Assembly (NCBI GenBank): GCA_019057815.1 | Contig: JAHLWR010000016.1 | Location: 21,959 to 85,958, forward strand | Direction: 5' to 3' | DNA length: 64,000 nt | Source of the DNA: Candidatus Heimdallarchaeota archaeon | GTDB taxonomy: Archaea; Asgardarchaeota; Heimdallarchaeia; Heimdallarchaeales; Heimdallarchaeaceae | Shown here: one piece after another, positions 20,797 through 31,800 of the stretch | Layout: each line of letters begins with the position of its first letter | How positions within the stretch are numbered: position 1 is the stretch's first letter | Notes under the pieces: model-generated | What the model saw: the letters and a program-made list of their open reading frames with translations, nothing else | What the model was told of the DNA's origin: nothing | The model's database searches: none | Program-made: the position numbers and the translations under genes

Positions 20797-21204
20797 ATGT
20801 CTACCGCGCTTTATTCTCTTCTTTCGGACGAATTATCATGTTTTGATATTATAAAAGCGTTTTTTGCCCTTTCAGACAATGAAATAGAGATTCTTTCATG
20901 TGTTCATAATAAACAAGGAATTGGCATTGAAGGATTAACGGAAATAATCCCAAAGAACAGAACTACAATTTCTAGATCAATTCAGAGGTTGACTTCAATA
21001 GGCGTTATTCGAAAAGATAAAGTTAATCTTGTAAAGGGAGGTTACAAGTTCGTTTACTACAGCAAACCGGTGAACGAAATAAAGGAATTTTTGCTAGAAT
21101 TAATTGATAAATTAGCTATAAGCATGAAAAATTCTATGCAAAACCTCTCTGATGAACGTTGTGCAGAACTGTTCAAAGAAGTTGTTAATAAGTATAAAAA
21201 ATAA
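20797..21204 (+). CDS. Archaeal TrmB-like HTH regulator
   Basis: C.DIIK.FF.LS..E, RTTISRSIQRL...GGYKFVY. Confidence 0.85.
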   Translation: MSTALYSLLSDELSCFDIIKAFFALSDNEIEILSCVHNKQGIGIEGLTEIIPKNRTTISRSIQRLTSIGVIRKDKVNLVKGGYKFVYYSKPVNEIKEFLLELIDKLAISMKNSMQNLSDERCAELFKEVVNKYKK

Positions 21205-21254
21205 AAATCCTAAAAACTTAACTTCGTTCTTTTTCTGATCTTTAATTTACACCA

Positions 21255-22154
21255 TTATTCGTGTAATAAACGTTTCATATACTTACTCAGTCTAGCTTGG
21301 AACTTATTCCTTCTAGAAAATGGGATATCCAACTCATATCTTTTCGTAAATAATTTCTGAAGTTCTTTATGAGAATCAATGTGCATCCCAATGACCCACT
21401 TAGCTTTTTCTTTGAGTAGAGCTTCATGATCATCTTTCAAAATCATTTCAATATAGTCATTCAGATACCCTTTCTCGTCTCTAGCAATTGAAATGATTTT
21501 TCCTTTTTTGTTCTTTATGGCAACAGAATCTCCTTTATTCTGCTCTTTGGAGAAGGAGTATAGAATATTATGCACTAGTTGCTTCTCACAACTTTTATCA
21601 GAGTAAGTTATTAGAGAAAAATCGTAAGAAGCTTCATATGGAATAGCTTTGTCGATTACGCTAGCTAACTCTATTAGCCCTTTTTCATCCAAACTTGGTT
21701 GTAACACTACTTTGGTTGTAATCATTGCAGCTACGATTATCTCTCTTAATGTTGTTAAGTCAACTTTTTCAAGAATTGTATTAGGATCACTACGAAAGAT
21801 TTTTTCGTTTAGCATCACAGGTTCAGCTTCTATCTTATCAAAAATATCGGTTTGAAATAAAGGAGATGAGTAAAAACATAGATTATTGAAAGTATACTCC
21901 TCTGAAGGAATTATTAGACTGTGAGACAATGCTTTTGGTCTTCCAAAAGGATCCAATCCATCACTTCTAACTAGCTTCACAATGATATTACCTGAAGTAT
22001 GAGTGTATTTTGAAACATATTTAACATGCTCTTTATGCTTCGTTGATAATTCTGGCATGAAAACAATAGTATCATCGGATAATTCTTGAGGTAAATTTGA
22101 TTTTGATATATAATAACCTTTTTTGTCATCTCGACATGCTATTGCTTGAAACAT
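21255..22154 (-). CDS. GAP1-N/uDENN-like domain protein
   Basis: DPFGRP..LSHSLII resembles the D..GR....H motif of GAP1-N2/uDENN-like domains. Confidence 0.45.
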   Translation of the reverse strand: MFQAIACRDDKKGYYISKSNLPQELSDDTIVFMPELSTKHKEHVKYVSKYTHTSGNIIVKLVRSDGLDPFGRPKALSHSLIIPSEEYTFNNLCFYSSPLFQTDIFDKIEAEPVMLNEKIFRSDPNTILEKVDLTTLREIIVAAMITTKVVLQPSLDEKGLIELASVIDKAIPYEASYDFSLITYSDKSCEKQLVHNILYSFSKEQNKGDSVAIKNKKGKIISIARDEKGYLNDYIEMILKDDHEALLKEKAKWVIGMHIDSHKELQKLFTKRYELDIPFSRRNKFQARLSKYMKRLLHE

Positions 22155-22249
22155 GATTCAAATACATTATCTAGTTAGCAGAATTTAAAGGTTATTAATA
22201 AAAATCTAATCTCTTCAAAATATTCTTAAACAGAATATAGCATTGGTTT

Positions 22250-23287
22250 ATGATGACTGAATATGAAGCTCTCTCAGAACTAATAGAAAGGATTGATGAG
22301 CTTGTCAAAAAAGATCAATACAATTTAGCGATTGAGACCATTGAAAATCAGATTGATAATTTCGGAGAAAAACAAATTTTGTACGATTTTTTGGGAAAAC
22401 TCAATATGCTGGTAAAAGATCCTCAAAAAGCTGCTGGTTTTCTAATCAACTCTCTCGAAATACAACCAGAAAATGCTCTCACTCTTGAACTACTGGGTGA
22501 TGCCTACTATGCGATGGAAAATTGGGAGGAAACGATTATTTCATGGCATAAATCATGTGAAATTGATCAACAAAAGTTTGATGTGTGGAAAAAACTGGGA
22601 GAGCTATATTATCAAATTGGTGAATATGCTAAAGCAACCAAAGCGTTGCAGGTTTTTCTAGAATTTGAAGAAGATGTCGATGTTTACAGTCTTTTAGCGG
22701 ACATATTTCGAAAAATGGGAAATGATATCGAAAGTTGGAATCAATTGATGAAAGCAGAAAAACTAGCCCCTGATAATCGAAGAATATTAATTCAAATTGG
22801 CCAATCATATTCAGATATTGGCAATTATGAAAGAGCTATTGACTATTTCCAAAAAGTAGTTTCGGATGAACCAGAAAATGCCTCTGCGCTCTTCTTCCTT
22901 GGTAAAATGCATGTTTCAAAGAAAAATTATACTCAAGCTATAGAATTTTTCTCTCAAATTATAGAAATTGACCCAGACAATGCTTTAGCATATTATGAAA
23001 TTGCGGATATTTACACTTCTCAAGCTAAAATCGATGAAGCTATTAAAATGTATGATGAATGCTTAAACAGTGATCCTTCAATCGAAGAAGCTTCAGTCGC
23101 GATTGCCTCCTTACATTGGGTATCCAAAAAATACGAAAAAGCTTTGACATATCTAAAAGATGCTCTCCGATACAATAAAGCAAGTATAGATGCTCTTCAA
23201 ATGATTGGTGATATTTACGAAGACATGGATGATAAAGAACAAGCTGAAGAATATTGGTCCAAAGTTGCTGAAATTAAGGAAGATTGA
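22250..23287 (+). CDS. Tetratricopeptide repeat protein
   Basis: About 9 TPR units (LG..Y...G.Y..A...F...P.N). Confidence 0.92.
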   Translation: MMTEYEALSELIERIDELVKKDQYNLAIETIENQIDNFGEKQILYDFLGKLNMLVKDPQKAAGFLINSLEIQPENALTLELLGDAYYAMENWEETIISWHKSCEIDQQKFDVWKKLGELYYQIGEYAKATKALQVFLEFEEDVDVYSLLADIFRKMGNDIESWNQLMKAEKLAPDNRRILIQIGQSYSDIGNYERAIDYFQKVVSDEPENASALFFLGKMHVSKKNYTQAIEFFSQIIEIDPDNALAYYEIADIYTSQAKIDEAIKMYDECLNSDPSIEEASVAIASLHWVSKKYEKALTYLKDALRYNKASIDALQMIGDIYEDMDDKEQAEEYWSKVAEIKED

Positions 23288-23688
23288 TATGTATTCTTCG
23301 TGGTCCTGTAATTGCGTTTACTCACGGTTTGAAGGGGACATATATACTTTTTACGTTTTTAAGAGATAGAATCGATGTAAAGATAAGAGATAGAAAAGTA
23401 ACCATTAGCACAGGTTATTATGTTTATATAGGAAGCGCTTTCGGAGCAGGGGGACTTGCTTCCAGATTACATCGTCACTTACGGAAGAAAAAGAAAAGAT
23501 ACTGGCATATCGATCAGATAACTACTTCGGAATTTTGTGAAATACAATCAATTGGAATAATAATTGATAAAAAAATGGAATGTGAAGTGAGTGAAAAAAT
23601 TTCAAAAATCGGTATTATCGAATTAATAAATGGTTTTGGAAATAGTGACTGTAACTCGTGCCAAAGTCATTTATATAAATTACCTTAG
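23284..23688 (+). CDS. GIY-YIG/Uri superfamily endonuclease (DUF123)
   Basis: KGTYIL, GYYVYIGSA, RL.RH, WHID, GFG.SDC..C.SHL. Confidence 0.9.
   Translation: MICILRGPVIAFTHGLKGTYILFTFLRDRIDVKIRDRKVTISTGYYVYIGSAFGAGGLASRLHRHLRKKKKRYWHIDQITTSEFCEIQSIGIIIDKKMECEVSEKISKIGIIELINGFGNSDCNSCQSHLYKLP
23428..23685 (+). repeat. Copy 1 of a ~260-bp imperfect direct repeat (3' part of the DUF123 gene)
   Basis: Aligns with 25926-26184 from ataggaagcgcttt to tatataaattacct. Confidence 0.9.
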
Positions 23689-23754
23689 AAGATTATAGCC
23701 ATCAATTTTGTTTTGTAGCATTATTTTAGTGACTTTAACACGTTCTCTGAATAA

Positions 23755-25097
23755 ATGAACTACTCCTACCTAAAGGTAAGCGTTTCTTGATTCATTGAAA
23801 AGACTTGACCACTGATGATTGCTGAAGCAGTGATAGTGATTAGAGGTCTGTTCTCCACAAGTAAAGAGGCATATCCCTTACCCCTCTTCAAAATGTTTAT
23901 TGAAGCGTTATAGTCGCGGTCTATCTCTAAGTCGCAATAAGGACAAGAGTGTGTCCTATCATTTAATGTCTTAGGAACTATCTCTCCACATCTGGAACAT
24001 TCTTGAGTAGTACCTCTTGGTGGAACTTTAACTAGTTCTTTATCAGCGTTTACAGCTTTATAAGATAAATAGTTGAAGAATATTCCCCATGAAGCGTCGA
24101 GAATGTTACGATGGAGTGTGCGTGACCGCTTGTGTTTCTTATTACCTTTCTGTGTGAGTCCTTTAATATTCAAGTTTTCCACACAGATAATATCATAATT
24201 ATCTACATAAAAGTTTGAGACTTTATGTAAGAAGTCTTTACGCTGGTCAACAGCTTTAGTGTAGAGTTTAGCCAACTGATATTTGGCTTTTAACCAATTC
24301 TTTGAACCTTGCTTTTTACGACTAAGAGATTTGTGCTTATTTTTAAGTTTCTTTAATTGTCTTTCTATGTTTTTAGGATTCTCTATCTCTCGTCCATCCG
24401 AATCCACTGCGTAAGAATTTATCCCTACATCTATCCCTACGCTTTTAGAGGTTTTAGGAAGAGATATAGGAGCGTTCTCTACTTGTATATTAGCGAACCA
24501 TCTACCTGTTTGAGAACGTTTGAGTATTATGCCCTTGACTTTGTTTGTACGTATACGATTGTTTAATCCTCTACAATTGATAGTACCTATCTTAGAAAAG
24601 GTTAGTTTATTTTTGTTTTCATCTATCTTGAATCCACTCTGGTTATAGTTGATAGTCTTGTACCATCCTTTTCCTTTGAAACGTAAGTGACCGATCTTAT
24701 GTCCATTCTTCTTTAATTGTGCTAGACTTTTGATATTTGTCCATAGAGTGTAATTGACCATCTGTAAAACTTTAGAATGTACTCCTTTCAATTCGGGAAT
24801 AGAACTGTTTTTTAGCCCTACTATAAACGATTGAGTTTTGATTTGTGTGAGTTTTTCTCCCTTCTCTTGTGCTTTCTTACACTCTTCTAGTAGCCTATTA
24901 TAGAGTTTTCTACAAATGTCCAACTGTTCAACAAGTTTTGCTTGTTGCTGTTTATTAGGGTACAGTTGCACTTTGTATGTTAGCATTAGTCCATTTCCTT
25001 ATCTCCTTAGTACTTTTTTCACTATAAAAAGCTGAGTAATAGATGAATAGATGTGTCTATAGCATTCATCCCCCACCTAAAGGAAGGGGATTTCTGC
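23755..25097 (-). mobile_element. IS200/IS605-family (IS1341-like, tnpB only) element
   Basis: Subterminal hairpins: left atcccccacctaaaggaaggggat; right end ...ggtaggagtagttcat on the minus strand; exact left cut site uncertain. Confidence 0.8.
23766..24986 (-). CDS. tnpB: RNA-guided endonuclease TnpB (canonical D-E-D)
   Basis: YKVQLYP HTH, GIDVG, VENL, CSRCG/CPYC zinc ribbon, DRDYNASINI. Confidence 0.95.
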   Translation of the reverse strand: MLTYKVQLYPNKQQQAKLVEQLDICRKLYNRLLEECKKAQEKGEKLTQIKTQSFIVGLKNSSIPELKGVHSKVLQMVNYTLWTNIKSLAQLKKNGHKIGHLRFKGKGWYKTINYNQSGFKIDENKNKLTFSKIGTINCRGLNNRIRTNKVKGIILKRSQTGRWFANIQVENAPISLPKTSKSVGIDVGINSYAVDSDGREIENPKNIERQLKKLKNKHKSLSRKKQGSKNWLKAKYQLAKLYTKAVDQRKDFLHKVSNFYVDNYDIICVENLNIKGLTQKGNKKHKRSRTLHRNILDASWGIFFNYLSYKAVNADKELVKVPPRGTTQECSRCGEIVPKTLNDRTHSCPYCDLEIDRDYNASINILKRGKGYASLLVENRPLITITASAIISGQVFSMNQETLTFR

Positions 25098-25858
25098 TAT
25101 GTATTAAGATTAAATTCGCGGTTCTTACACAATTCTATATATTCTTGTCTTACATCTTTTAATGTAGGTACTTTCATATTTTTTAATTGCCCAAATATCA
25201 ACGGATTATTCATCGCAGCTCTGCCAATCATAACTCCAACGCAACCGATTTCCTTCATTTTCTTTACATCCTCCTTAGTTTTAATATCGCCATTAGCAAC
25301 AATGTCTTTTCCTGTATTTACACATTCAGAAAAAACCCCCCAATCTGCTTTTATTTCATAGGACTCGGATCTATGTCTAGCATGTACTATAAAGAAATCT
25401 GCATCTACTCTTTCTATTAAACTAAGATATACTTTTTCTTTTTTTTCAGTTTTGTTTACTCCAAGACGTAACTTAATATTGACATTATAACCATAATTTT
25501 TAACAATATCAACCATTCTTTTGATTTTTGTTGGTCTTTTAATCATTGCACTCCCAATACCTTGTTTAACATACGTTTGTGAAGGGCAACAAAGATTCAG
25601 GTTGAAACCTTGAAAACCTTTTTCAGGAGAAAAACCAGATATAAACTCTTCTAGTTTTTGCTCATTCTTACCCATAATCTGGATCATAGTAGGAGTATCA
25701 TCGTAAAGTACAATCCTCTTCAAAGCAGATTTATTTTTCTTCACTAATGTTTCAAATCTTGTTAGTTCTGTAAAAGTAAGATCAGCACCATATTTGTGAC
25801 AGAGATATCTAAAACTAGAATCTGCCAACTTTTCCATAGGTGCTAGCATATACTGCAT
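25097..25858 (-). CDS. dus: tRNA-dihydrouridine synthase, possibly C-terminally clipped by the IS
   Basis: LAPME, NLCCP, KLRLG, VHAR, ANGDI, GVMIGR; the stop codon abuts the IS left hairpin; start reassigned (track 25927). Confidence 0.85.
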   Translation of the reverse strand: MQYMLAPMEKLADSSFRYLCHKYGADLTFTELTRFETLVKKNKSALKRIVLYDDTPTMIQIMGKNEQKLEEFISGFSPEKGFQGFNLNLCCPSQTYVKQGIGSAMIKRPTKIKRMVDIVKNYGYNVNIKLRLGVNKTEKKEKVYLSLIERVDADFFIVHARHRSESYEIKADWGVFSECVNTGKDIVANGDIKTKEDVKKMKEIGCVGVMIGRAAMNNPLIFGQLKNMKVPTLKDVRQEYIELCKNREFNLNT

Positions 25859-25925
25859 GATAGCTTGTTGTTTCTTTGAAGCTTTAAACATTTTTTTATT
25901 TACATGAAAAGAAAAAAAAGAAACC

Positions 25926-26184
25926 ATAGGAAGCGCTTTTGGTGCAGGGGGACTTACATCTAGATTACATCGTCACTTAAGTAAGAAAAAGAAAATATAC
26001 TGGCACATCGATCAGATAACTACTTCGGAATTTTGTGAAATACAATCAGTAGAAATAATAATCGATAGAAAAATGGAATGTGAAGTAAGCGAAAAAATTT
26101 CAAAAATCGATTTAATCGAATCTATAAATGGTTTGGAAATAGTGACTGTACATACTGTGCCAAAGTCATTTATATAAATTACCT
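25926..26184 (+). pseudogene. Degenerate 5'-truncated duplicate of the DUF123 gene 3' part (repeat copy 2)
   Basis: About 85-90% identical by eye to 23428-23685, with indels near the 3' end. Confidence 0.85.
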
Positions 26185-26386
26185 GAAAAGAAAAAAAGAT
26201 GTTGAAAAGAAGAATTTCCAAGAGATAAATCTATTTGAGGATATTAGATTGGAATCGGATAAGGATAAAGATAGATTAACAAATTGTAATAACAAAAATA
26301 ATACATAAATATATACTAATTTACTCTATATATTAGAAAGGGATAAAACAATATAAAATGGATAATAAAGATTAAGGTGATACACA

Positions 26387-27649
26387 ATTACGAAACTAAC
26401 AAAAGAAGAGATACATGATTATTTTTTCAAATTCTCATTACACAAAAGTCTCGATCATTTCTTCTCAAAAGAAGAGCAAACATCGACAGTTGTAGATTAC
26501 CTTACAATCAAAGGGAAAAAAATATCAAGATACATCAATGAATTTTGGACTTCAAAACAGAGAAAATCTTCTTCAATCCATGAAATATCATATAGAGCTT
26601 GTTTTAAAGCCCAACTTCCCCGTTTTTTTATCAAACTTCTAACAAAACCAAAAGATATTGTTTATGATCCTTTTAGCGGAAGAGGAACCACTATCATTGA
26701 AGCTGGATTATTAGGAAGACGTGTTATATCCAATGACATTAATCCTTTAAGCGAAATTCTTGCTTATCCTCGTTTCTTTATTCCTGAAATTCGAGATGTT
26801 GAAGAAAGGTTGAATAATTTAGATTTTGATTATTCTAATAGAGCTGACATTGACTTATCTATGTTCTATCACCCAAAGACAGAAGCAGAAATAATTTCTT
26901 TACGAAATTATTTGATTGAAAGAAAAAGAGAGAACAATGAAGATAACCTTGATCGGTGGATAAGAATGGTATCAACCAATCGTCTAACTGGTCATTCAAC
27001 AGGTTTTTTTTCTGTTTATACATTACCCCCAAATCAAGCAATACTGCCTGAAAGACAGATATCAATTAATAAGAAGAGAAATCAAAAACCTGATTATCGT
27101 AAAATTACAGAACGTATTTTGAGAAAGACAAAAACACTTTTACAGAATGTCAGTCAAGTAGAAAAAGAAAATTTGATTCTTGCAGGAAAAACTGTTAAAT
27201 TTCTAACAAAAGATGCTAGAGAGACTTTAAAAATCGAAAACGAAAGTGTCAATCTAGTAGTTACTTCTCCACCGTTCCTTGATGTTGTTCAATATTCAAA
27301 AGATAATTGGCTAAGATGTTGGTTCAACAATATTGATGTTGATGAAATTGAAAATAAAATCACTATGACTAAGAAACTTGATGATTGGTGTGATGTGATG
27401 AGTGATGTTTTCAGAGAGTTATACAGGATTACCAAAAAGGGAGGTTATGTAGCTTTTGAGGTAGGTGAAGTCAGAAAAGGTAAAATAAAACTTGATGAAT
27501 ATGTTGTTCCTTTAGGAGTAAATACAGGTTTTGAACCATTAGGAATTATTATTAATTTACAAGAATTCACGAAAACTGCCAATATCTGGGGCATAAATAA
27601 TCTTGAAAAAGGTACTAATACAAATAGGATTGTTTTATTTCAAAAATAA
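26387..27649 (+). CDS. N4-cytosine-type DNA methyltransferase (motif I before motif IV), type II R-M
   Basis: Frame is open 141 codons upstream of the track start and contains VYDPFSGRGTT (motif I); TSPPF (motif IV) is downstream; proposed ATT start after AGGTGA. Confidence 0.85.
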   Translation: MTKLTKEEIHDYFFKFSLHKSLDHFFSKEEQTSTVVDYLTIKGKKISRYINEFWTSKQRKSSSIHEISYRACFKAQLPRFFIKLLTKPKDIVYDPFSGRGTTIIEAGLLGRRVISNDINPLSEILAYPRFFIPEIRDVEERLNNLDFDYSNRADIDLSMFYHPKTEAEIISLRNYLIERKRENNEDNLDRWIRMVSTNRLTGHSTGFFSVYTLPPNQAILPERQISINKKRNQKPDYRKITERILRKTKTLLQNVSQVEKENLILAGKTVKFLTKDARETLKIENESVNLVVTSPPFLDVVQYSKDNWLRCWFNNIDVDEIENKITMTKKLDDWCDVMSDVFRELYRITKKGGYVAFEVGEVRKGKIKLDEYVVPLGVNTGFEPLGIIINLQEFTKTANIWGINNLEKGTNTNRIVLFQK

Positions 27650-27650
27650 T

Positions 27651-28337
27651 CTAGTTATTTTTTGCTTTCTTTATATCGCCTTCAGCGATTTTCGTTTCCA
27701 TTGTGTATAAATCCTTATTTGATGCATTAAACTCGTGTTTTATTTGTCCCTTTAATGATTCCAATGAATACAGCTTCCAATATACAGGAATAAAAACTGT
27801 TTTATTATCTCTTATTTCGTTAACTATTTCAAAACCAACCATTAGATGAAGTGCATCTGTTGTAATTTTTGGATTTTTTGAAGGAGAAACATAGAAGGAA
27901 CGAAATGTCGTGTCTATACTTTTTTTATTATAGGTTTTGCATTCTAAATAAAAGGGTGATCCATCAATATCTTCAACATAGATGTCTGGATAACCAGTTG
28001 CTTTTTTTGAACCATCTTTTGTTTTAGGAATTCTAGCTTTCATCCCCACAGAATTTAATGCATTTATCACATAACGTTCAATATAATTCCCCACTTCATT
28101 TACTCGTCGTGCATAGATACCATCTCTGTTAGTGATTTTACATGTTTCAATGCATGCATCTACTAATCTTTTATAAAAACCGGGTTTTTTTGCTTCCTTT
28201 TCATCATAAGGTTGGACTTTATATCCTGTTATTCCACTTATTAGAACAGAGAATGGCAAATCCTTTATAGGTTTCAGAAGTTTTCCAATAAAACTCTCTA
28301 ATTCTTTTACATATTGTTTGTCTTCCATTTTGAACAA
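27651..28337 (-). CDS. PD-(D/E)xK type II restriction endonuclease (convergent partner of the methylase)
   Basis: GNYIE...GYPDI...YLECKT; tail-to-tail with the MTase. Confidence 0.8.
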   Translation of the reverse strand: MFKMEDKQYVKELESFIGKLLKPIKDLPFSVLISGITGYKVQPYDEKEAKKPGFYKRLVDACIETCKITNRDGIYARRVNEVGNYIERYVINALNSVGMKARIPKTKDGSKKATGYPDIYVEDIDGSPFYLECKTYNKKSIDTTFRSFYVSPSKNPKITTDALHLMVGFEIVNEIRDNKTVFIPVYWKLYSLESLKGQIKHEFNASNKDLYTMETKIAEGDIKKAKNN

Positions 28338-28855
28338 TTTTAACTAAATCCTAGCTAAATAAGCCTTTCTCTGTCAAATTCTGAGAATGAATTCTCTTTT
28401 TCTTCTAGCTTTTAAATGAAATTCAGGATTATTTTATTGAAGAGAGTTTCTTCACTATGATATTCTTTCTTTTTTCTCGCTTCAACCCCCTCTCACTCGT
28501 TATCTCTTTATTATATATCTCACTCTCTTTTCTCCCTTTTTCTTGTCTTTCTTCCCTTTTGGTTTAATGAATGCTTTCAATGACGCTTGACTGTATTTAT
28601 AATTTCTCATCCTTTGCGCAATATCATATGTATCTGATTATACTAACCCTTGCTCTTGTTCATCTTGTTCTTTTCTGTTTATATTCTAACTCACACATCT
28701 CTAATTGAGTGGTTTTTCACTATAAAAACTTACTGTCCACCTTAAAAAGGAGTTTAAAAATATTCAAGATAAAAGAAGAATGGAGTTGACCAAGTGACTG
28801 TTAACTCGATATCTTAAAGGAAAGGTTTATAGTTTTTAAAATCTCTTGATTTCAT

Positions 28856-31800
28856 ATGGTTCTTGTAGAGAGGAAGCAGTTTGAGAAAGCGTTAGAAGAA
28901 TATCTAAATAATGTTATGAAAATACATGAACAAGAAACGTCTACAGAACAATCCTACTATACAGCTCTCTCTAATTTTCTGAGTGATATATATAATGTCC
29001 CAAGGAAAAATATTTTAGTTAATCCTGTTGAGAAGTGGGGGATGCCCGATTTCGTAATTTTAAATCAAGAACTAATAGTTGGATATATTGAAGCCAAAGC
29101 ACCTACTATTAATCTTCTTCCTATTTTAGAGAGTGAGCAACTAAAGCGATACATAGATGCTTTTCCAAATGTTTGTCTAACTAACTTTACTGAATTTATT
29201 TTTATTCAACCTGGTGTTGATCCAAAAACTATCAAATTAGTTTCTAATATCCGTTTTACAAAAAAAGATTTGACTGATATTCCTAAAGCTGTTTTGTCAC
29301 GTTTTCACATTTTACTTGAAGAATTTTTGCTATTTTCTTCCCCTCTAATAACAAATGTAGAAAAACTGACTAAAAGATTATCTAGGTTGACTTTTGTGAT
29401 GAAGGAAATATTTATTTCTCATCATACTAAGGAGAAGGATATATTCACACATCAATCTATTGAGAACCTCTTTAATGGTTTTAAAACCTCATTAATTGAG
29501 AATATTTCACGAGTAGAATTCTGTGATATCTTAGCTCAAACTATCTCCTATAGTTTATTATTAGCTGTTGCCCATCATAAGGTTGCTGATAAAAACAATA
29601 CCACTCTAACACTTTCAACAGTATGGCAAGATATTCCAAAGAGTATACCAATTTTAGTAGAACTATATACCCAGTTCATGGTCAAGATGCCTAAAAATGT
29701 AGAATTGTGCTGCAATAGTATTATTCAATTACTAAACAAATGCGATTTTAACCTTATATTCGCTTTTTTTGACGAACACAAAGATGATCCAACAATCTAT
29801 TTCTATGAAAACTTTCTAGCTTCTTATAATCCTTCTCTTAAAAAACTTAAAGGCGTATTTTACACTCCTACACCTATTGTAAGATATATGATAAGTTCAG
29901 TTGATGAAATACTTATAAATTTTTTCAATAAAAATAAAGGTTTGATGGATGATAGTGTTTATTTATTAGATCCTTGTGCAGGAACTGCAACATTTATTAT
30001 TGAAGCAATTAAGCAAATATTTGGTAAACTAGCAAATGCTAGAAATTTGGGTCTCTTCAAGGGCATTGTAAAAGAACATATACTCAAACATTTTTTTGCG
30101 TTTGAAATAATGATTACTGCTTATGCAATAGGTCATTTTAAACTTAGAAACTTTCTAAAGTCTCTACAATACCCACTAGAATCAAAAGATTTTTTTCAAC
30201 TCTATCTTACAAATACCTTAGAAACAAAAGCTGAGGATGAAGGTTTAACAGGTTTTTTTGCACTCTCTGAAGAAGGAAGAAAAGCTAACATAATTAAAAA
30301 AACTACTCCAATTCTTACAATAGTAGGAAACCCGCCATATAAAATAGGTTCAACAAATAAAAGCTCGAGTATCAATAAATTAATGATAGACTATCGTCCC
30401 AAAAAGAAGAAACAAAGAGAAAATTTACAACCACTCTCGGATGACTATATTAAATTTATAAGATTTGCACAATGGAAGATCGCAGAGAAAAACAATGAGG
30501 GCATTGTTGCGTTTATCACTAATAATAACTTCTTAAAGGGGCGTATCCATCGAAAAATGCGACACAGTCTATTGAAGTCATTTGACAAAATATTAATTCT
30601 AGACCTACATGGAGATGCAAGAGAAGAGAGACCCCCAAAAAACACTAAAAATGAGAGTGTGTTTGGGATACAAACAGGTGTATGTATATTCTTTCTAATT
30701 AAGCTCAAAAATAGTAATAAAGATAATGAGGAGTTAGCTGAAGTATATTACAGTGAAGTTTGGGGCTCTGCGAAGGAGAAACTGAGTCTATTAGGAAAGA
30801 ATGATATCATTAAAATGCTTAATGATAAGAAATTGAAGAGAATTCACCCTTATAATCCATATTTTTTTCTATTTCCTTATTATGTAAGCAAACAAATGCA
30901 ACAATTTTGGGATAGTTTTTTTACCATTAGAGAGGATATTTTTCATGTTGCATCTATAGGTGTCCAAACAAGTAGAGATAAATTATCAATAGCTCTTGAT
31001 GAAAAAACTCTATTCGATAGATTCACAGAAATTAGAAATTCAAATTTGTCAACTTCTGAAATAATTGCAAAAAATGAGTGGGGTCAATGGAAAGGTGATG
31101 ATTGGACGGAAAATAGAATAAAATCTTATCTGACGGATTTAAGAAGAAAGGAGAAGAATGGGAAAGTACGACCTATCAATGATTACATTCGCAAAATACA
31201 CTATCGTCCCTTCGATTTTCAATATGTTTTCTATATGGATGGATTTGTTCAAATTACATGTAGAGAGAGAGCTGAACATCTAAAAGGGAATAGTTCTGGT
31301 GAAATAGCACTTATTATTGGAAGGTCAGGTAGACCGAGTAAATATTCTTGGGATATGGTAATTATGACATCTGAGATGCCCGATCAAGTTCTTGTTACAT
31401 ATCGTGGTTCTTCGATTCTCTGCCCTATGAATTATAAAAAGAGTACAGACACAAAAACTCTGTCCAGTAACATAAGAACACCTTTCTTATTAAATTTAAA
31501 AAATCATTATCTGAGAGAAAATAGTGTTTCTCACATTGATAATGCTGAATTTCCAAGAAATGTAATGTATTATCTATATGGTATCCTTTATTCTATGGTA
31601 TATAGAAAAAAATGGGAAGAATTTTTAAAATATGATATGCCTAGATTTCCCTTCCCGAAGAATTATCACCTTTTCTCATCAATGTCAGAAAAGGGTGAAT
31701 TATTGGCAAAAATGCACATGTTTTACACCGATCTGTTATCAGATACTATGCTAGACGAAATAAAATTTCCAGTTCAAGGAATAAACGTCATTACGAAAAT

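Noticed and set aside
26185-26300. Possible third degenerate copy of the island-border motif
   Set aside because: Only short A/G-rich matches; not distinguishable from chance
28340-28720. Pyrimidine-rich stretch, possible minus-strand gene
   Set aside because: All frames tried are interrupted by stops; at most an unidentifiable relic
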